In this document: positions 51,101-62,500 of the stretch, piece by piece
Position numbering within the stretch: the first letter of the stretch is position 1
Layout of the letters: every line of letters begins with the position of its first letter
Source: Paraphysomonas bandaiensis
Taxonomy: Eukaryota > Protista > Chrysophyceae
Assembly: GCA_965644295.1 (NCBI GenBank)
Contig: CBFFRP010000461.1
Coordinates: 62,001-126,000 of the forward strand
Reading direction: 5' to 3'
Length of the DNA: 64,000 nt
Made by a program: the position numbers and the translations under genes
The notes under the pieces: model-generated
Database searches by the model: none
Seen by the model: only the letters and a program-made list of their open reading frames with translations
What the model was told of the DNA's origin: nothing

Positions 51101-52800
51101 GGGAGACTGAATGTGCAAATGGGAATACAGGTGTTGCTCCTAACAGCGAAGTCATGTCACTTGACATTTGCAATTTTACGATGGAGGGTAAAGTCGGAGG
51201 AATATTTCAGATCGAACCGAAGCTTTATGACCTTGCGCATTCAGATTTCATGAATCCTTATGAAGAGGTTGCATTGATTTTATCTAGTGTTTGCTCTGAA
51301 ATCCCGAATATTGAAAATACTACCATTGAGAAACAGGCAATGGTTACTACGGCATCAGAAATGCTTAGTCTCACTGATGTTGGGAACCCGAGACCACTTT
51401 CCATTCGCCAGAAGATTCTTTATGGTTCTCACAATGGGTTGAATATATGGAAATGTAAGAAAGCTCGCTCAGAGTGCACTTCTCTTGTTCACACGGCAAC
51501 CTCTCCGTCACATGTGGAGCCCGGTCACCCAGAGTACGCAGACATGGTTTTGTTACAGAATTTTGTGCTCGAGCAATTGTCTTCTATATGCCGCTTTGCA
51601 TATCGACGGCATATATATGAAATGGATGATTGCTCTCCAGGTCGAGTTAATATTATTCCATGGGTGGCTTCGTGGCTCTTGGTATTCGGAATGTGGGTAT
51701 TCATGGGTTTCTGGGTAATATCATGGACGTTGACCCATGCTGCTGAACCGGCGAAAGCTTGGGCTCTCTCTTTTGGCGTTGTTGTCTTGGTTGACATCAT
51801 AATGAATTCTTTAACTCAAATTTTCCTTCTCGACGTATATATGGCGCATGTTCTTCGTCCACAGCTGAGGGATATATTCTGTATCCTCAATGAGGCCCTA
51901 CATTTGCGCTTGTTGAAGCGCGTGTCTCCCTGTGATGGAGTCCGAATCGTGCAACACTTCTCTGCCTCTTGTCGAGCTTCACGTAACGCTGCACTAAAAG
52001 GGCATAAATCAGCCATTTTGTTGTCAATAATGGATGATGTGGATGTTGCTCTCTGCCGTCGGAACCGCGTGGAGAGTATACAGGACGTGGGATACGTGGC
52101 ATATTTGATGTTGTATGTTCCATCACTGCTCAATACAATTGGGGTGGATTATCAGCAGGCTGTGTTAGACATGACGCTCCCAATTATTTGGTGCTGTTTC
52201 ATTTGGCTGAATTATATTGTGAGCAAATTTTCAGTGTACATTCTAGTTGCCCTTTACTTTTTACTGGCCTCCCTAATCGTCGTTTATGTATATGTGTACA
52301 TGCGATGGAAGAGAGGTGAGGAGTTCCATATCAGCAGTGATCTAGAAACTCAAATTGAAAATGAAAATACTGACAGACCTCCTGTGAACGAATCTTCAAT
52401 TGAAATGAATGTGACAAGTATTGGCGAGGAAAAATCTGATGAGGGATCTCGATCGAGCGGTTCGGAGCATGAAGGTGCTTCAGCATCTAAGCCAACGTGT
52501 ATGGACAGTGCAGTGGTTGTTATAGGAACCCAGGATGAAAATGAAAGCGGTTTGCTGCTGGGAACATCTGATGATGTTGGTGAACATATAGAAGACACAT
52601 CTGGTTTATTCGTTCAGAGTGAAGATGTGGGAGTCATACTTCCTCGATCAGATATCTCTGCTGTCGACATTTCTGTGTCGAATTCGGAAGGCCTCGAAGC
52701 GTCACACAAGTTTGGAGACTGGAATCAAGTTCTGGGAACCGACAGCTTCGGTGATGATGGAGATCGACTCCACTGGTGGACAGGAGATGAGGAGAAGTAG
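42196..52800 (+). CDS. Giant intronless cell-surface protein: C-type lectin, Pro/Thr stalk, REJ/PKD-like region, EGF-like Cys-rich region, multi-pass C-terminus (polycystin-1/REJ-like)
   Basis: 3534 aa with signal peptide. CTL motifs (CY, YIGLND, EPD, DCV, WVDVAC, AICE). PTxxPT repeats. REJ-like [15 protein letters not shown]...F......[19 protein letters not shown] and [13 protein letters not shown]. Several hydrophobic helices after about aa 2600. Confidence 0.9.
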   Translation: MTTQIYFTIVFVLSCFTSIYAGDCDVSSGHCYFILYNTSFQDAIDTCAYQGAYIVTINSYDENTFLLNTYGYLSSYGYIGLNDRENFDEFVWAGNDTSSYTYFDTDEPDDIDNLNGGQYADCVVFDFASGFWVDVACEGHEIYAICEYTQTRTPTLSPTVHPTKQPTNLPTGTPSQKPVYYYPPTSLPSSVPSSSPTTQPSRNPTQHPTLQPTSTPTTTPTTLPTLSPTPVPTSKPTASPTSSPTSVPTKFPTVPPTSSPTPGPTPFPTTSPTSSPTPVPTLNPTASPTSSPSPSPTPNPTASPTLHPTPVPTSNPTVTPTSSPTPSPTSNPTVSPTPSPTNFPTLYPTVSPTSSPTPSPTSNPTVSPTSSPTIVPTPNPTVSPTSSPTNFPTPYPTASPTSSPTPNPTSNPTVSPTSSPTPNPTSNPTVSPTPSPTPSPTSNPTVSPTSSPTIVPTPNPTASPTSSPTNFPTLYPTASPTSSPTPSPTSNPTVPPTSSPTPNPTSNPTVSPTSSPTNFPTPYPTASPTSSPTPSPTSNPTVSPTSSPTNFPTPYPTASPTSSPTPSPTPNPTASPTSSPTNFPIPIPTVSPTSSPTNFPTLYPTASPTSSPTNFPTLYPTASPTSSPTNFPTLYPTASPTSSPTPSPTSNPTVPPTSSPTSYPTEYPSLLPTQEPSLDPTPSERPAVTSIPTPGIGETATPTSVGSSTPTIVVTPGIGETSTPTSVGSFVPTVDNGETVTPTVVVVSHVPTPGIGETATPTSVGSSTPTIVVSSHVPTPGIGETSTPTSVGSFVPTVDNGETVNPTVVVVSHVPTPGIGETATPTSVGSSTPTIVVSSHVPTPGIGETSTPTSVGSFVPTVDNGETVNPTVVVSSHAPTSEIGETSTPTSVGSFVPTVDNGETVNPTVVVSSHAPTSEIGETSAPTSVGSFVPTVDNGETVNPTVVVSSHVPTLAGGDTAEPTGFSPTRTLHPSSVDPKSETPSSSPSLPCPTPDFHCKYRNMSVFSDSMSSFDYDLFYTTRDSTSVTSIANPEQFFWTVDDDDFVPFDVEYYAIEAWGLLDITNNQGSNTHTSVCFHASCTNEAIVSAITRSLIENTYETFNCGNCTWRTDYGKLYTTCGHFNCPCSIEQPHNYFAVSNNWGYWKCQQGDGAVVVDRGSVLGFKLREKVAPTVPVLKSVTGPCCGNVVTTYTTVNVTVSVSTYGGLVYCGAFSSANVISSVSVISQQGHYGVIPSADEVSLSTITISVEVGLRHLVANASSSVACYCEDTIGNPSSLDDAINKAIIVVPSYCNDADLRPPPSGYGLSSLQDYYTLEAYELSYYTLTLALGSSPTETVITSLVFYDFGTLNRRDDVFVYNNLTFTSADEGDDLIGTFVVYGAVGHFDISVVYFGPSAYEFCAYHNALPSIRIVSEISAAPSLLPSLNGTAYFTESGLRVVVSFSRPTDYAATVVSTDSWKCSLVFSFTGANGTECQWRNSSTVVIALNSHHSSTENILSPGDTIMLRPNVVKGFCFSGSCVSAPFAPSSATIVAVPSIHVNARAVLVGPTSVLNCEDLVIDPTLSSGHGLRPWKTIRWRVFSGDGSDVSEIRNYLTSITSTDVPVVIPSHMLHNTTYFISLGLRNFMQENSDSLVYSSVEVSVLLDQPVLTVSISSARKVSVQLSSFLYLSAQIAMTDCANTNTGNNSMDYTYKWTVYKNYVVDRTVTSTYPLNPSVFTCPGSSFSLGSTYQVVLAVTATSGSQSWTSYDKVFVESVQTSVRAIISGGLTTVSSPHNAPLMLDGSESLGSALSYAWSCRIASVTNFGANCLSILGISSSEASASALSIAASILSAGVRYRFTLTVSGAYASTKTIHSASVLVICPSVSPVSTIKINSPLPVYPFNPLEQFKFYASVTSQFSEGANCTWSLHSARSELEATGTAASIAPVRRFFSYSQLTNGVDFPLGLNPGSLTAGVEYTFRLTVEQLGMPSAYIDIRMNGNTAPTGGNFSVSPSSGYSYSTEFRMIANSWVDDATDYPLRYQFVYQIGASFDWSKTFSRANSRSTLAYTSTTLPYGEPSEHDTITAAVICIDVWGAEATSYFLVTVSPTSRRRLSSDPLSALSVALKSNRVHDLLEIYQEAVNVINDVARADCSAAPDCSALNREPCVGTSHTCGSCLSGYAGVYGDSNYHCHEISYPAHSAGYECNSDSECFLGYCDGGVCVPPPKPCPAGGHDGSSCSGHGVCSYMYVNGEPSASRECTVDKSTCHSYCLCDDGYGGRDCSFTEIELSEISNARGNMCEYLVDIAEKDAFIDETFSAIVSYLLQVYDPSAVVSIADMSKCESALRYVTGVLSGSSDGNIDAYTHMAGAISEFAQSSSFLVSDSVYNALDALEAAVLDGMIAGQQPVEFLVDSFRVSYLYINLEDLSLLSAPRTEKEIHYSSPQYSMSLPANGLEMCEAFDDYAKVAVLLWNVNPQNMDDSDVDSRFFTVATYATSVSSNDSTLAVDKPDHHYELTLQLDSTINTSLVEPLCKEYSFSTNILSDCTSCIISNYEATGATITCYDAVDYFCPSVQGGSVLGAAVRRLQAANDKAYTLSLSTIMEPSTQSFDTDNVTQSTALLSFTSAWLFVTIFSFWGLYIWDKRDKEVLGAQEADKEGYLSSDFNLTAAFDKSGRGCDTQVNLVGISRQSFEFAISPRNRAAKNEPIERASSFRYSAIFHRSSTFAGRQEPKRRPAKKLSVAERASSFRHSAIFPRSSLFVETSTMSKTGTADAHRVKPLSPIPQSPSYKYIIGDENNPDYQQTGSHKQFNEPEDPVMRVWAAFPSTSFLSERDWWICIYDAVCRNHKWARIFSYSSLRLPRNIRFLVAATDLLFIMFTLTVFYSLYYPDDNRCEDLSGTTEARCLSLSSNFESNESLCSWSNDGRCEMKEIKLDLVFIVLVTLIAVAFSVIPRDMINAILVKICAKRPCLQNMSWSGIFLFSEPRETECANGNTGVAPNSEVMSLDICNFTMEGKVGGIFQIEPKLYDLAHSDFMNPYEEVALILSSVCSEIPNIENTTIEKQAMVTTASEMLSLTDVGNPRPLSIRQKILYGSHNGLNIWKCKKARSECTSLVHTATSPSHVEPGHPEYADMVLLQNFVLEQLSSICRFAYRRHIYEMDDCSPGRVNIIPWVASWLLVFGMWVFMGFWVISWTLTHAAEPAKAWALSFGVVVLVDIIMNSLTQIFLLDVYMAHVLRPQLRDIFCILNEALHLRLLKRVSPCDGVRIVQHFSASCRASRNAALKGHKSAILLSIMDDVDVALCRRNRVESIQDVGYVAYLMLYVPSLLNTIGVDYQQAVLDMTLPIIWCCFIWLNYIVSKFSVYILVALYFLLASLIVVYVYVYMRWKRGEEFHISSDLETQIENENTDRPPVNESSIEMNVTSIGEEKSDEGSRSSGSEHEGASASKPTCMDSAVVVIGTQDENESGLLLGTSDDVGEHIEDTSGLFVQSEDVGVILPRSDISAVDISVSNSEGLEASHKFGDWNQVLGTDSFGDDGDRLHWWTGDEEK
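42640..44240 (+). repeat. Coding minisatellite, 12-nt period (PTxx tetrapeptides) with higher-order 36/72-nt units
   Basis: Recurrent acatcttcccctac and ccaacatccaaccccact motifs, translated as [16 protein letters not shown]. Confidence 0.95.
44266..45060 (+). repeat. Second coding tandem repeat ([34 protein letters not shown]-type units)
   Basis: Near-identical blocks such as acaccaacatctgtcggtagttttgttccgacagttgataatggtgagactgtt recur five times. Confidence 0.93.
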
Positions 52801-53478
52801 CGGAACAAGCATTGTGCTTCACGTACACTGTAGTTTAGCCGGCATATAATTTATGTTAGTATATGATCTGTGTTAGTCAAAAGACCGTGTATGTTGGACA
52901 CTCCACAATTCGCGTGTTCGGAATATATGGCAATCACATGATTGAATTCTTGTCTGGCTCAATATTCACTTGAAGGACAAATAAGAAACAAGATAACATA
53001 TCGTACACTGTCGAGTATTGCTACTTTGGGCATTTAAAAATTGTATTTATAAGGTTTTCGAATTACAACCGTCACTTGAGTACTACAACAGTTAATATTA
53101 TATAATCTTTATGATATTCTATGAGTTGATACAACAGTTGGAAATACGAATGCTTCTCTATGATAGAACTGCAGAATACGTTAAATACAATGTGAAAAAC
53201 TGTAATACGTAGTCAAAAATATTATATAGCTATAACTGTGAAGCTGAAGTTTTATGACGATTCAAGATACGGAAGTTGATCAGTGCTTGACATGAAAGAA
53301 ATATACAATTACGTTGTTGATGTATTTTATATGATAACACACATTTGTGTATGCAATAATAATCGTATCAATTTAGTATTACTACTTTTGAACTTCTCTT
53401 ACAAAATGTTCAAAAGCTAATATGGTAGCGGCTGCGGAGGAGAGAAGGAGGATAGAGCCGATGTACCATGGCTGGTTC

Positions 53479-53900
53479 CAGGGCCTGGTAACCATTAATG
53501 GTAGTCCAGTTCTCGGCAATTATAATGGCCGTTAATGGCCATTAATACCTACTAACTCTCGTCCTCGTTATTTCTGTCGGGTGCACCAACATGAATGAAT
53601 CCAGTTGCAGATGTCAAACTGCTCTTCTCTCATTGCCTGTCAACTCTCTTTCATCGTTCCTTTGAATTTTAGCCACTGCCTTCTCAAAATTTGCGCTGGC
53701 AACAATGTTTGCATTCAGGGCAAGGTATGGATACAGTTCTGGAAATTCTTGTAGTAGTGTATCAAATAACTGGCGGGCTTGGTACAAATTGGTTCCATCT
53801 CTTTGTAAGAGGCGAGCGTAGCACTCTATAAATTCAAGTTGCGTCAAATATTATTTCAGCTTTCAAAAGTTCTCTGGAGTTAGAATCTGGAGTAAGGAGA
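53479..53900 (-). mobile_element. hAT-type transposon end with transposase fragment
   Basis: Terminus-like cagggcctggtaa followed by subterminal taatgg/ccatta repeats. ORF 53614..53847 (LQRDGTNLYQARQLFDTLLQEFP..YLALNANIV....FEKAVAKI......LT..E..AV) resembles the C-terminal part of oomycete-type hAT transposases. Confidence 0.65.
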
Positions 53901-54099
53901 TACTTTCTTTCTTATAAAAGATAATAAATCGCCACCGTGAAGTCTTTCATTTCCCGAAATTCTCTCGAAAAATCCGCATGTTTGGCGCCCTTCTTGGTTA
54001 CATGATTCACACAAGTCGTGTAACGTCACTGTATATCTTGCTTAAGGCGATCATTGCACAACGAACAAATATGATACAGAGCAGAGGGTTCTCTGAATC

Positions 54100-55368
54100 C
54101 ACGCGATAGAAGACGAGGAAGGAATATTGAAAACAAAAATCCAGGCGAGAATTCCACTGTGGTTTAAGAGATGATGCAGTTGGTGATGACTGTGAGGAGT
54201 AAAGTTTCGTTGGTGAATCCACCTGCACTGAAATTTTTAAGCAATATGTCAAAGAATTTACTGAGAAGTTTTATGCAGACTATATGCTCGTTTCCCTACA
54301 GGTGGGAATGAACTTCTTCAGGTGATGGAATTGTATTGCCTTGGATTTTTGGTTGCATTGGCAGTGTAATAGACGTAACTCATGAACACTGGGCTCTGTG
54401 TTACCTTGACATAAACTGGAAGGCCACTGGAAAAGAGGGATATCCTACATTAGCATTCGAGGCTATATAGTGACACACAGTCGTTATGTTTACCATTGCA
54501 GCATTGCCTTCTATGGAACATACAATGACATTACAATCAGTCAAAATGATGAGCTTATTTTAGCTGTTCTGGCTGGTGCGGTCTCCCAACTGAAGTATGT
54601 TCTGTATGATGAGAACGGTGTTCCTAAGCTATGCAATGGTGCGTATTTCTTGTCTGATAATGGCTATTCTAAGTGGGGCATTTTTATGCAGAAATGAGAT
54701 GCTCTGGAGTGAATGGGCCGAATCAACAAGGAAGGATATGGAATGTTTCTATTCATTGGAATGTTCGTTATCATTCCGCCCAGAGGTCATTCAGGATGCC
54801 TTCCGAACTGCTTGTATATTACATAATATGCTACTGGAGTACGATGGCTTGGCACTGAATGCGGAGATTCAACCGCTGAATACTGGGAAAACTTTTATCA
54901 TATATATAGAAGAATATGCCAACCTAACAGAGACTTCACAATTTTACGCAATAGTCTAGTTACGCATTTCACATATCAGTACTCTATAGGCGATATAATA
55001 TGATGGTGACCTAAATCTATGAGTAAGTTAAAACGTAATCGCCTCCAAATTCCAGTTTTCGATGCCAGGATGGAGGAACAGAGAGTAAGCGAGCACTATA
55101 CCACAGACCTTCTTTGCTGGTAGCTCGCGACAGCAATGTGGTCAGACATACACCTCCAGTATGGGTCATGGCCTTTTTTCTCACATAGACTACAACAACG
55201 GAGATATCATTGCAGTTTAATAAATAAGAAGGGGATGATTGGTTAACAGACGATCAATGGATAGAACGTGACCGCCTAGGTGAAGGTGAACACATCTTAC
55301 AACTGGCTGAAAATGTTAATCTTGATTGCTACCGTGCCTCTATCGTAATTGTAAGTGCTTAGCCAGTT
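54100..55368 (+). pseudogene. PIF/Harbinger DDE transposase pseudogene followed by a truncated SET-like segment
   Basis: GCIGSVIDVTHEHW, ATGKEGYPTLAFE, FYGTYNDITI, LSDNGYSKW, WSEWAESTRKDMEC and ACILHNMLLEYDG (DDE_Tnp_4 / plant transposon protein pattern), with frameshifts and stops. Downstream MGHGLFSHIDYNNGDIIAV and LDCY..CKCLAS. Confidence 0.88.
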
Positions 55369-56501
55369 GTAAGATGTGTTCACCTTCACCTAGGCGGTCA
55401 CGTTCTATCCATTGTTCGTCTGTTAACCAATCATCCCCTTCTTATTTATTAAACTGCGATGATATCTCCGTTGTTGTAGTCTATGTGAGAAAAAAGGCCA
55501 TGACCCATACTGGAGGTGTATGTCTGACCACATTGCTGTCGCGAGCTACCAGCAAAGAAGGTCTGTGGTATAGTGCTCGCTTACTCTCTGTTCCTCCATC
55601 CTGGCATCGAAAACTGGAATTTGGAGGCGATTACGTTTTAACTTACTCATAGATTTAGGTCACCATCATATTATATCGCCTATAGAGTACTGATATGTGA
55701 AATGCGTAACTAGACTATTGCGTAAAATTGTGAAGTCTCTGTTAGGTTTGCATATTCTTCTATATATATGATGAAAGTTTTCCCAGTATTCAGCGGTTGA
55801 ATCTCCGCATTCAGTGCCAAGCCATCGTACTCCAGTAGCATATTATGTAATATACAAGCAGTTCGGAAGGCAGTTCGGAAGGCATCCTGAATGACCTCTG
55901 GGCGGAATGATAACGAACATTCCAATGAATAGAAACATTCCATATCCTTCCTCTTGTTGATTCGGCCCATTCACTCCAGAGCATCTCATTTCTGCATGTT
56001 GGTGTCTTCCATGGACAAATAAAAATGCCCCACTTAGAATAGCCATTATCAGACAAGAAATACGCACCATTGCATAGCTTAGGAACACCGTTCTCATCAT
56101 ACAGAACATACTTCAGTTGGGAGACCGCACCAGCCAGAACAGCTAAAATAAGCTCATCATTTTGACTGATTGTAATGTCATTGTATGTTCCATAGAAGGC
56201 AATGCTGCAATGGTAAACATAACGACTGTGTGTCACTATATAGCCTCGAATGCTAATATAGGATATCCCTCTTTTCCAGTGGCCTTCCAGTTCATGTCAA
56301 GGTAACACAGAGCCCAGTGTTCATGAGTTACGTCTATTACACTGCCAATGCAACCAAAAATCCAAGGCAATACAATTCCATCACCTGAAGAAGTTCATTC
56401 CCACCTGTAGGGAAACGAGCATATAGTCTGCATAAAGCTTCTCAGTAAATTCTTTGACATATTGCTTAAAAATTTCAGTGCAGGTGGATTCACCAACGAA
56501 A
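54205..56501. repeat. 2.3-kb palindrome: arms 54205-55308 and 55361-56501, 52-nt spacer
   Basis: Arms are reverse complements except for a few SNPs, a 23-bp deletion (left), and a 12-bp duplication gcagttcggaag plus 2 extra bp (right). 1104+23+12+2=1141 matches the right-arm length. Confidence 0.95.
55361..56501 (-). pseudogene. Inverted second copy of the Harbinger transposase pseudogene
   Basis: ORFs 55811..56236(-) and 55710..55970(-) mirror 54470..54959(+). This copy keeps 23 bp (IFICPWKTPTC region) deleted in the left copy. Confidence 0.9.
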
Positions 56502-59500
56502 AAGCAACATCAATGAGAACAGTCATAGCCTTGTTGGCAACCAGGTAGACTGCAGTTGCACCAGGTAGATATCTCTACTCCTTACAACAACACCGACCTT
56601 CAAGAGATAATTTACATGTATCCACCTGCAGAGATTTTATGTCGCAAAGGCAAGGTCCTTAGACTTCCGTAGAGTATTGTAAATGTCCTTATAGGTACCT
56701 CAAAGGAACTATCGATAAAAGACTCCACACTCCGGAAAATCAGTTACACTTCCCAGATTCGCTGACAGCGACACTGGGCTCGATGTCACCTAACCCGTAG
56801 GTCTACAACAGCATTTTAGTTTTTATCAGAAATTGCCTCATACAATGGCTATCGAGACTCCAAACTACCGTCGCCTAATCATCTACAAAAACGGAATACA
56901 TTTCTCTATCATCAGCCTGCCAAGAGACTATCTGGCTACGTGCACTACTTTCGGAACTGGGCTTCCAAATTCCGTTTTCAACAACCCTCTGGTGCGACAA
57001 TATAGGCGCAATTCAGTACGTACATCATCGTCGGAAGAAACACATCGCCTTCAGATACCACTTCATAAGAGAACAAGCCGCCTCGTATTCCATTAGTGTA
57101 GATTACATGCCCACCATCAAAATTCTGGCCGACATCCCAACTATACCACTCACATCAAATACGTTCCACAGATTGCGGGATTCACTGATGGGGGGGAGAA
57201 GTATCAGCGTAGCCGCCAGCAATAAAAGTACAAAGAATCTATTCCTCCGGCAGCTAACTCAACCAAGATACCACGATAGATGACTTAGGGGTCTACGGAG
57301 TTTCCCACGATGATGTTGTATGTATCTTGGTGAATCCACCTGCACTGAAATTTTTAAGCAATATGTCAAAGAATTTACTGAGAAGTTTTATGCAGACTAT
57401 ATGCTCGTTTCCCTACAGGTGGGAATGAACTTCTTCAGGTGATGGAATTGTATTGCCTTGGATTTTTGGTTGCATTGGCAGTGTAATTGACGTAACTCAT
57501 GAACACTGGGCTCTGTGTTACCTTGACATAAACTGGAAGGCCACTGGAAAAGAGGGATTCCTACATTAGGATACAATACAATACAATTCCATCACCTGAA
57601 GAAGTTCATTCCCACCAGTAGGGAAACGAGCATATAGTCTGCATAAAGCTTCTCAGTAAATTCTTTGACATATTGCTTAAAAATTTCAGTGCAGGTGGAT
57701 TCACCAACGAAAAAGCAACATCAATGAGAACAGTCATAGCCTTGTTGGCAGCCAGGTAGACTGCAGTTGCACCAGGTAGATATCTCTACTCCTTACAACA
57801 ACACCGACCTTCAAGAGATAATTTACATGTATCCACCTGCAGAGATTTTATGTCGCAAAGGCAAGGTCCTTTTAGACTTCCGTAGAGTATTGTAAATGTC
57901 CTTATAGGTACCTCAAAGGAACTATCGATAAAAGACTCCACACTCCGGAAAATCAGTTACACTTCCCAGCTGACAGCGACACTGGGCTCGATGTAACCTA
58001 ACCCGTAGGTCTACAACAGCATTTTAGTTTTTATCAGAAATTGCCTCATACAATGGCTATCGAGACTCCAAACTACCGTCGCCTAATCATCTACAAAAAC
58101 GGAATACATTTCTCTATCATCAGCCTGCCAAGAGACTATCTGGCTACGTGCACTACTTTCGGAACTGGGCTTCCAAATTCCGTTTTCAACAACCCTCTGG
58201 TGCGACAATATAGGCGCAATTCAGTACGTACATCATCGTCGGAAGAAACACATCGCCTTCAGATACCACTTCATAAGAGAACAAGCCGCCTCGTATTCCA
58301 TTAGTGTAGATTACATGCCCACCATCAAAATTCTGGCCGACATCCCAACTATACCACTCACATCAAATACGTTCCACAGATTGCGGGATTCACTGATGGG
58401 GGGGAGAAGTATCAGCGTAGCCGCCAGCAATAAAAGTACAAAGAATCTATTCCTCCGGCAGCTAACTCAACCAAGATACCACGATAGATGACTTAGGGGT
58501 CTACGGAGTTTCCCACGATGATGTTGTATGTATCTTGGTGAATCCACCTGCACTGAAATTTTTAAGCAATATGTCAAAGAATTTACTGAGAAGTTTTATG
58601 CAGACTATATGCTCGTTTCCCTACAGGTGGGAATGAACTTCTTCAGGTGATGGAATTGTATTGCCTTGGATTTTTGGTTGCATTGGCAGTGTAATTGACG
58701 TAACTCATGAACACTGGGCTCTGTGTTACCTTGACATAAACTGGAAGGCCACTGGAAAAGAGGGATATCCTACATTAGGATACAATACAATACAATTCCA
58801 TCACCTGAAGAAGTTCATTCCCACCAGTAGGGAAACGAGCATATAGTCTGCATAAAGCTTCTCAGTAAATTCTTTGACATATTGCTTAAAAATTTCAGTG
58901 CAGGTGGATTCACCAACGAAAAAGCAACATCAATGAGAACAGTCATAGCCTTGTTGGCAGCCAGGTAGACTGCAGTTGCACCAGGTAGATATCTCTACTC
59001 CTTACAACAACACCGACCTTCAAGAGATAATTTACATGTATCCACCTGCAGAGATTTTATGTCGCAAAGGCAAGGTCCTTAGACTTCCGTAGAGTATTGT
59101 AAATGTCCTTATAGGTACCTCAAAGGAACTATCGATAAAAGACTCCACACTCCGGAAAATCAGTTACACTTCCCAGATTCGCTGACAGCGACACTGGGCT
59201 CGATGTAACCTAACCCGTAGGTCTACAACAGCATTTTAGTTTTTATCAGAAATTGCCTCATACAATGGCTATCGAGACTCCAAACTACCGTCGCCTAATC
59301 ATCTACAAAAACGGAATACATTTCTCTATCATCAGCCTGCCAAGAGACTATCTGGCTACGTGCACTACTTTCGGAACTGGGCTTCCAAATTCCGTTTTCA
59401 ACAACCCTCTGGTGCGACAATATAGGCGCAATTCAGTACGTACATCATCGTCGGAAGAAACACATCGCCTTCAGATACCACTTCATAAGAGAACAAGCCG

Positions 59501-62500
59501 CCTCGTATTCCATTAGTGTAGATTACATGCCCACCATCAAAATTCTGGCCGACATCCCAACTATACCACTCACATCAAATACGTTCCACAGATTGCGGGA
59601 TTCACTGATGGGGGAGAAGTATCAGCGTAGCCGCCAGCAATAAAAGTACAAAGAATCTATTCCTCCGGCAGCTAACTCAACCAAGATACCACGATAGATG
59701 ACTTAGGGGTCTACGGAGTTTCCCACGATGATGTTGTATGTATCTTGGTGAATCCACCTGCACTGAAATTTTTAAGCAATATGTCAAAGAATTTACTGAG
59801 AAGTTTTATGCAGACTATATGCTCGTTTCCCTACAGGTGGGAATGAACTTCTTCAGGTGATGGAATTGTATTGCCTTGGATTTTTGGTTGCATTGGCAGT
59901 GTAATTGACGTAACTCATGAACACTGGGCTCTGTGTTACCTTGACATAAACTGGAAGGCCACTGGAAAAGAGGGATATCCTACATTAGGATACAATACAA
60001 TACAATTCCATCACCTGAAGAAGTTCATTCCCACCAGTAGGGAAACGAGCATATAGTCTGCATAAAGCTTCTCAGTAAATTCTTTGACATATTGCTTAAA
60101 AATTTCAGTGCAGGTGGATTCACCAACGAAAAAGCAACATCAATGAGAACAGTCATAGCCTTGTTGGCAGCCAGGTAGACTGCAGTTGCACCAGGTAGAT
60201 ATCTCTACTCCTTACAACAACACCGACCTTCAAGAGATAATTTACATGTATCCACCTGCAGAGATTTTATGTCGCAAAGGCAAGGTCCTTAGACTTCCGT
60301 AGAGTATTGTAAATGTCCTTATAGGTACCTCAAAGGAACTATCGATAAAAGACTCCACACTCCGGAAAATCAGTTACACTTCCCAGATTCGCTGACAGCG
60401 ACACTGGGCTCGATGTAACCTAACCCGTAGGTCTACAACAGCATTTTAGTTTTTATCAGAAATTGCCTCATACAATGGCTATCGAGACTCCAAACTACCG
60501 TCGCCTAATCATCTACAAAAACGGAATACATTTCTCTATCATCAGCCTGCCAAGAGACTATCTGGCTACGTGCACTACTTTCGGAACTGGGCTTCCAAAT
60601 TCCGTTTTCAACAACCCTCTGGTGCGACAATATAGGCGCAATTCAGTACGTACATCATCGTCGGAAGAAACACATCGCCTTCAGATACCACTTCATAAGA
60701 GAACAAGCCGCCTCGTATTCCATTAGTGTAGATTACATGCCCACCATCAAAATTCTGGCCGACATCCCAACTATACCACTCACATCAAATACGTTCCACA
60801 GATTGCGGGATTCACTGATGGGGGGGAGAAGTATCAGCGTAGCCGCCAGCAATAAAAGTACAAAGAATCTATTCCTCCGGCAGCTAACTCAACCAAGATA
60901 CCACGATAGATGACTTAGGGGTCTACGGAGTTTCCCACGATGATGTTGTATGTATCTTGGTGAATCCACCTGCACTGAAATTTTTAAGCAATATGTCAAA
61001 GAATTTACTGAGAAGTTTTATGCAGACTATATGCTCGTTTCCCTACAGGTGGGAATGAACTTCTTCAGGTGATGGAATTGTATTGCCTTGGATTTTTGGT
61101 TGCATTGGCAGTGTAATTGACGTAACTCATGAACACTGGGCTCTGTGTTACCTTGACATAAACTGGAAGGCCACTGGAAAAGAGGGATATCCTACATTAG
61201 GATACAATACAATACAATTCCATCACCTGAAGAAGTTCATTCCCACCAGTAGGGAAACGAGCATATAGTCTGCATAAAGCTTCTCAGTAAATTCTTTGAC
61301 ATATTGCTTAAAAATTTCAGTGCAGGTGGATTCACCAACGAAAAAGCAACATCAATGAGAACAGTCATAGCCTTGTTGGCAGCCAGGTAGACTGCAGTTG
61401 CACCAGGTAGATATCTCTACTCCTTACAACAACACCGACCTTCAAGAGATAATTTACATGTATCCACCTGCAGAGATTTTATGTCGCAAAGGCAAGGTCC
61501 TTAGACTTCCGTAGAGTATTGTAAATGTCCTTATAGGTACCTCAAAGGAACTATCGATAAAAGACTCCACACTCCGGAAAATCAGTTACACTTCCCAGAT
61601 TCGCTGACAGCGACACTGGGCTCGATGTAACCTAACCCGTAGGTCTACAACAGCATTTTAGTTTTTATCAGAAATTGCCTCATACAATGGCTATCGAGAC
61701 TCCAAACTACCGTCGCCTAATCATCTACAAAAACGGAATACATTTCTCTATCATCAGCCTGCCAAGAGACTATCTGGCTACGTGCACTACTTTCGGAACT
61801 GGGCTTCCAAATTCCGTTTTCAACAACCCTCTGGTGCGACAATATAGGCGCAATTCAGTACGTACATCATCGTCGGAAGAAACACATCGCCTTCAGATAC
61901 CACTTCATAAGAGAACAAGCCGCCTCGTATTCCATTAGTGTAGATTACATGCCCACCATCAAAATTCTGGCCGACATCCCAACTATACCACTCACATCAA
62001 ATACGTTCCACAGATTGCGGGATTCACTGATGGGGGGGAGAAGTATCAGCGTAGCCGCCAGCAATAAAAGTACAAAGAATCTATTCCTCCGGCAGCTAAC
62101 TCAACCAAGATACCACGATAGATGACTTAGGGGTCTACGGAGTTTCCCACGATGATGTTGTATGTATCTTGGTGAATCCACCTGCACTGAAATTTTTAAG
62201 CAATATGTCAAAGAATTTACTGAGAAGTTTTATGCAGACTATATGCTCGTTTCCCTACAGGTGGGAATGAACTTCTTCAGGTGATGGAATTGTATTGCCT
62301 TGGATTTTTGGTTGCATTGGCAGTGTAATTGACGTAACTCATGAACACTGGGCTCTGTGTTACCTTGACATAAACTGGAAGGCCACTGGAAAAGAGGGAT
62401 ATCCTACATTAGGATACAATACAATACAATTCCATCACCTGAAGAAGTTCATTCCCACCAGTAGGGAAACGAGCATATAGTCTGCATAAAGCTTCTCAGT

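Noticed and set aside
54205-56501. Palindromes as pure sequencing or amplification fold-back artefacts
   Set aside because: Arms differ by discrete indels, SNPs and (at 2.9 kb) a nested MITE, and the array inherits arm-specific alleles. An artefact is unlikely but only raw reads can exclude it.
56833-57096. Repeated 87-aa ORF MPHTMAIETP... (six copies) as a novel tandem gene
   Set aside because: It is an off-frame shadow of the copia RNase H reading frame and starts at TTG.
58661-58846. Repeated 61-aa ORF MPWIFGCIGS... as a functional peptide
   Set aside because: It is a Harbinger transposase fragment running through the deletion junction into antisense sequence.
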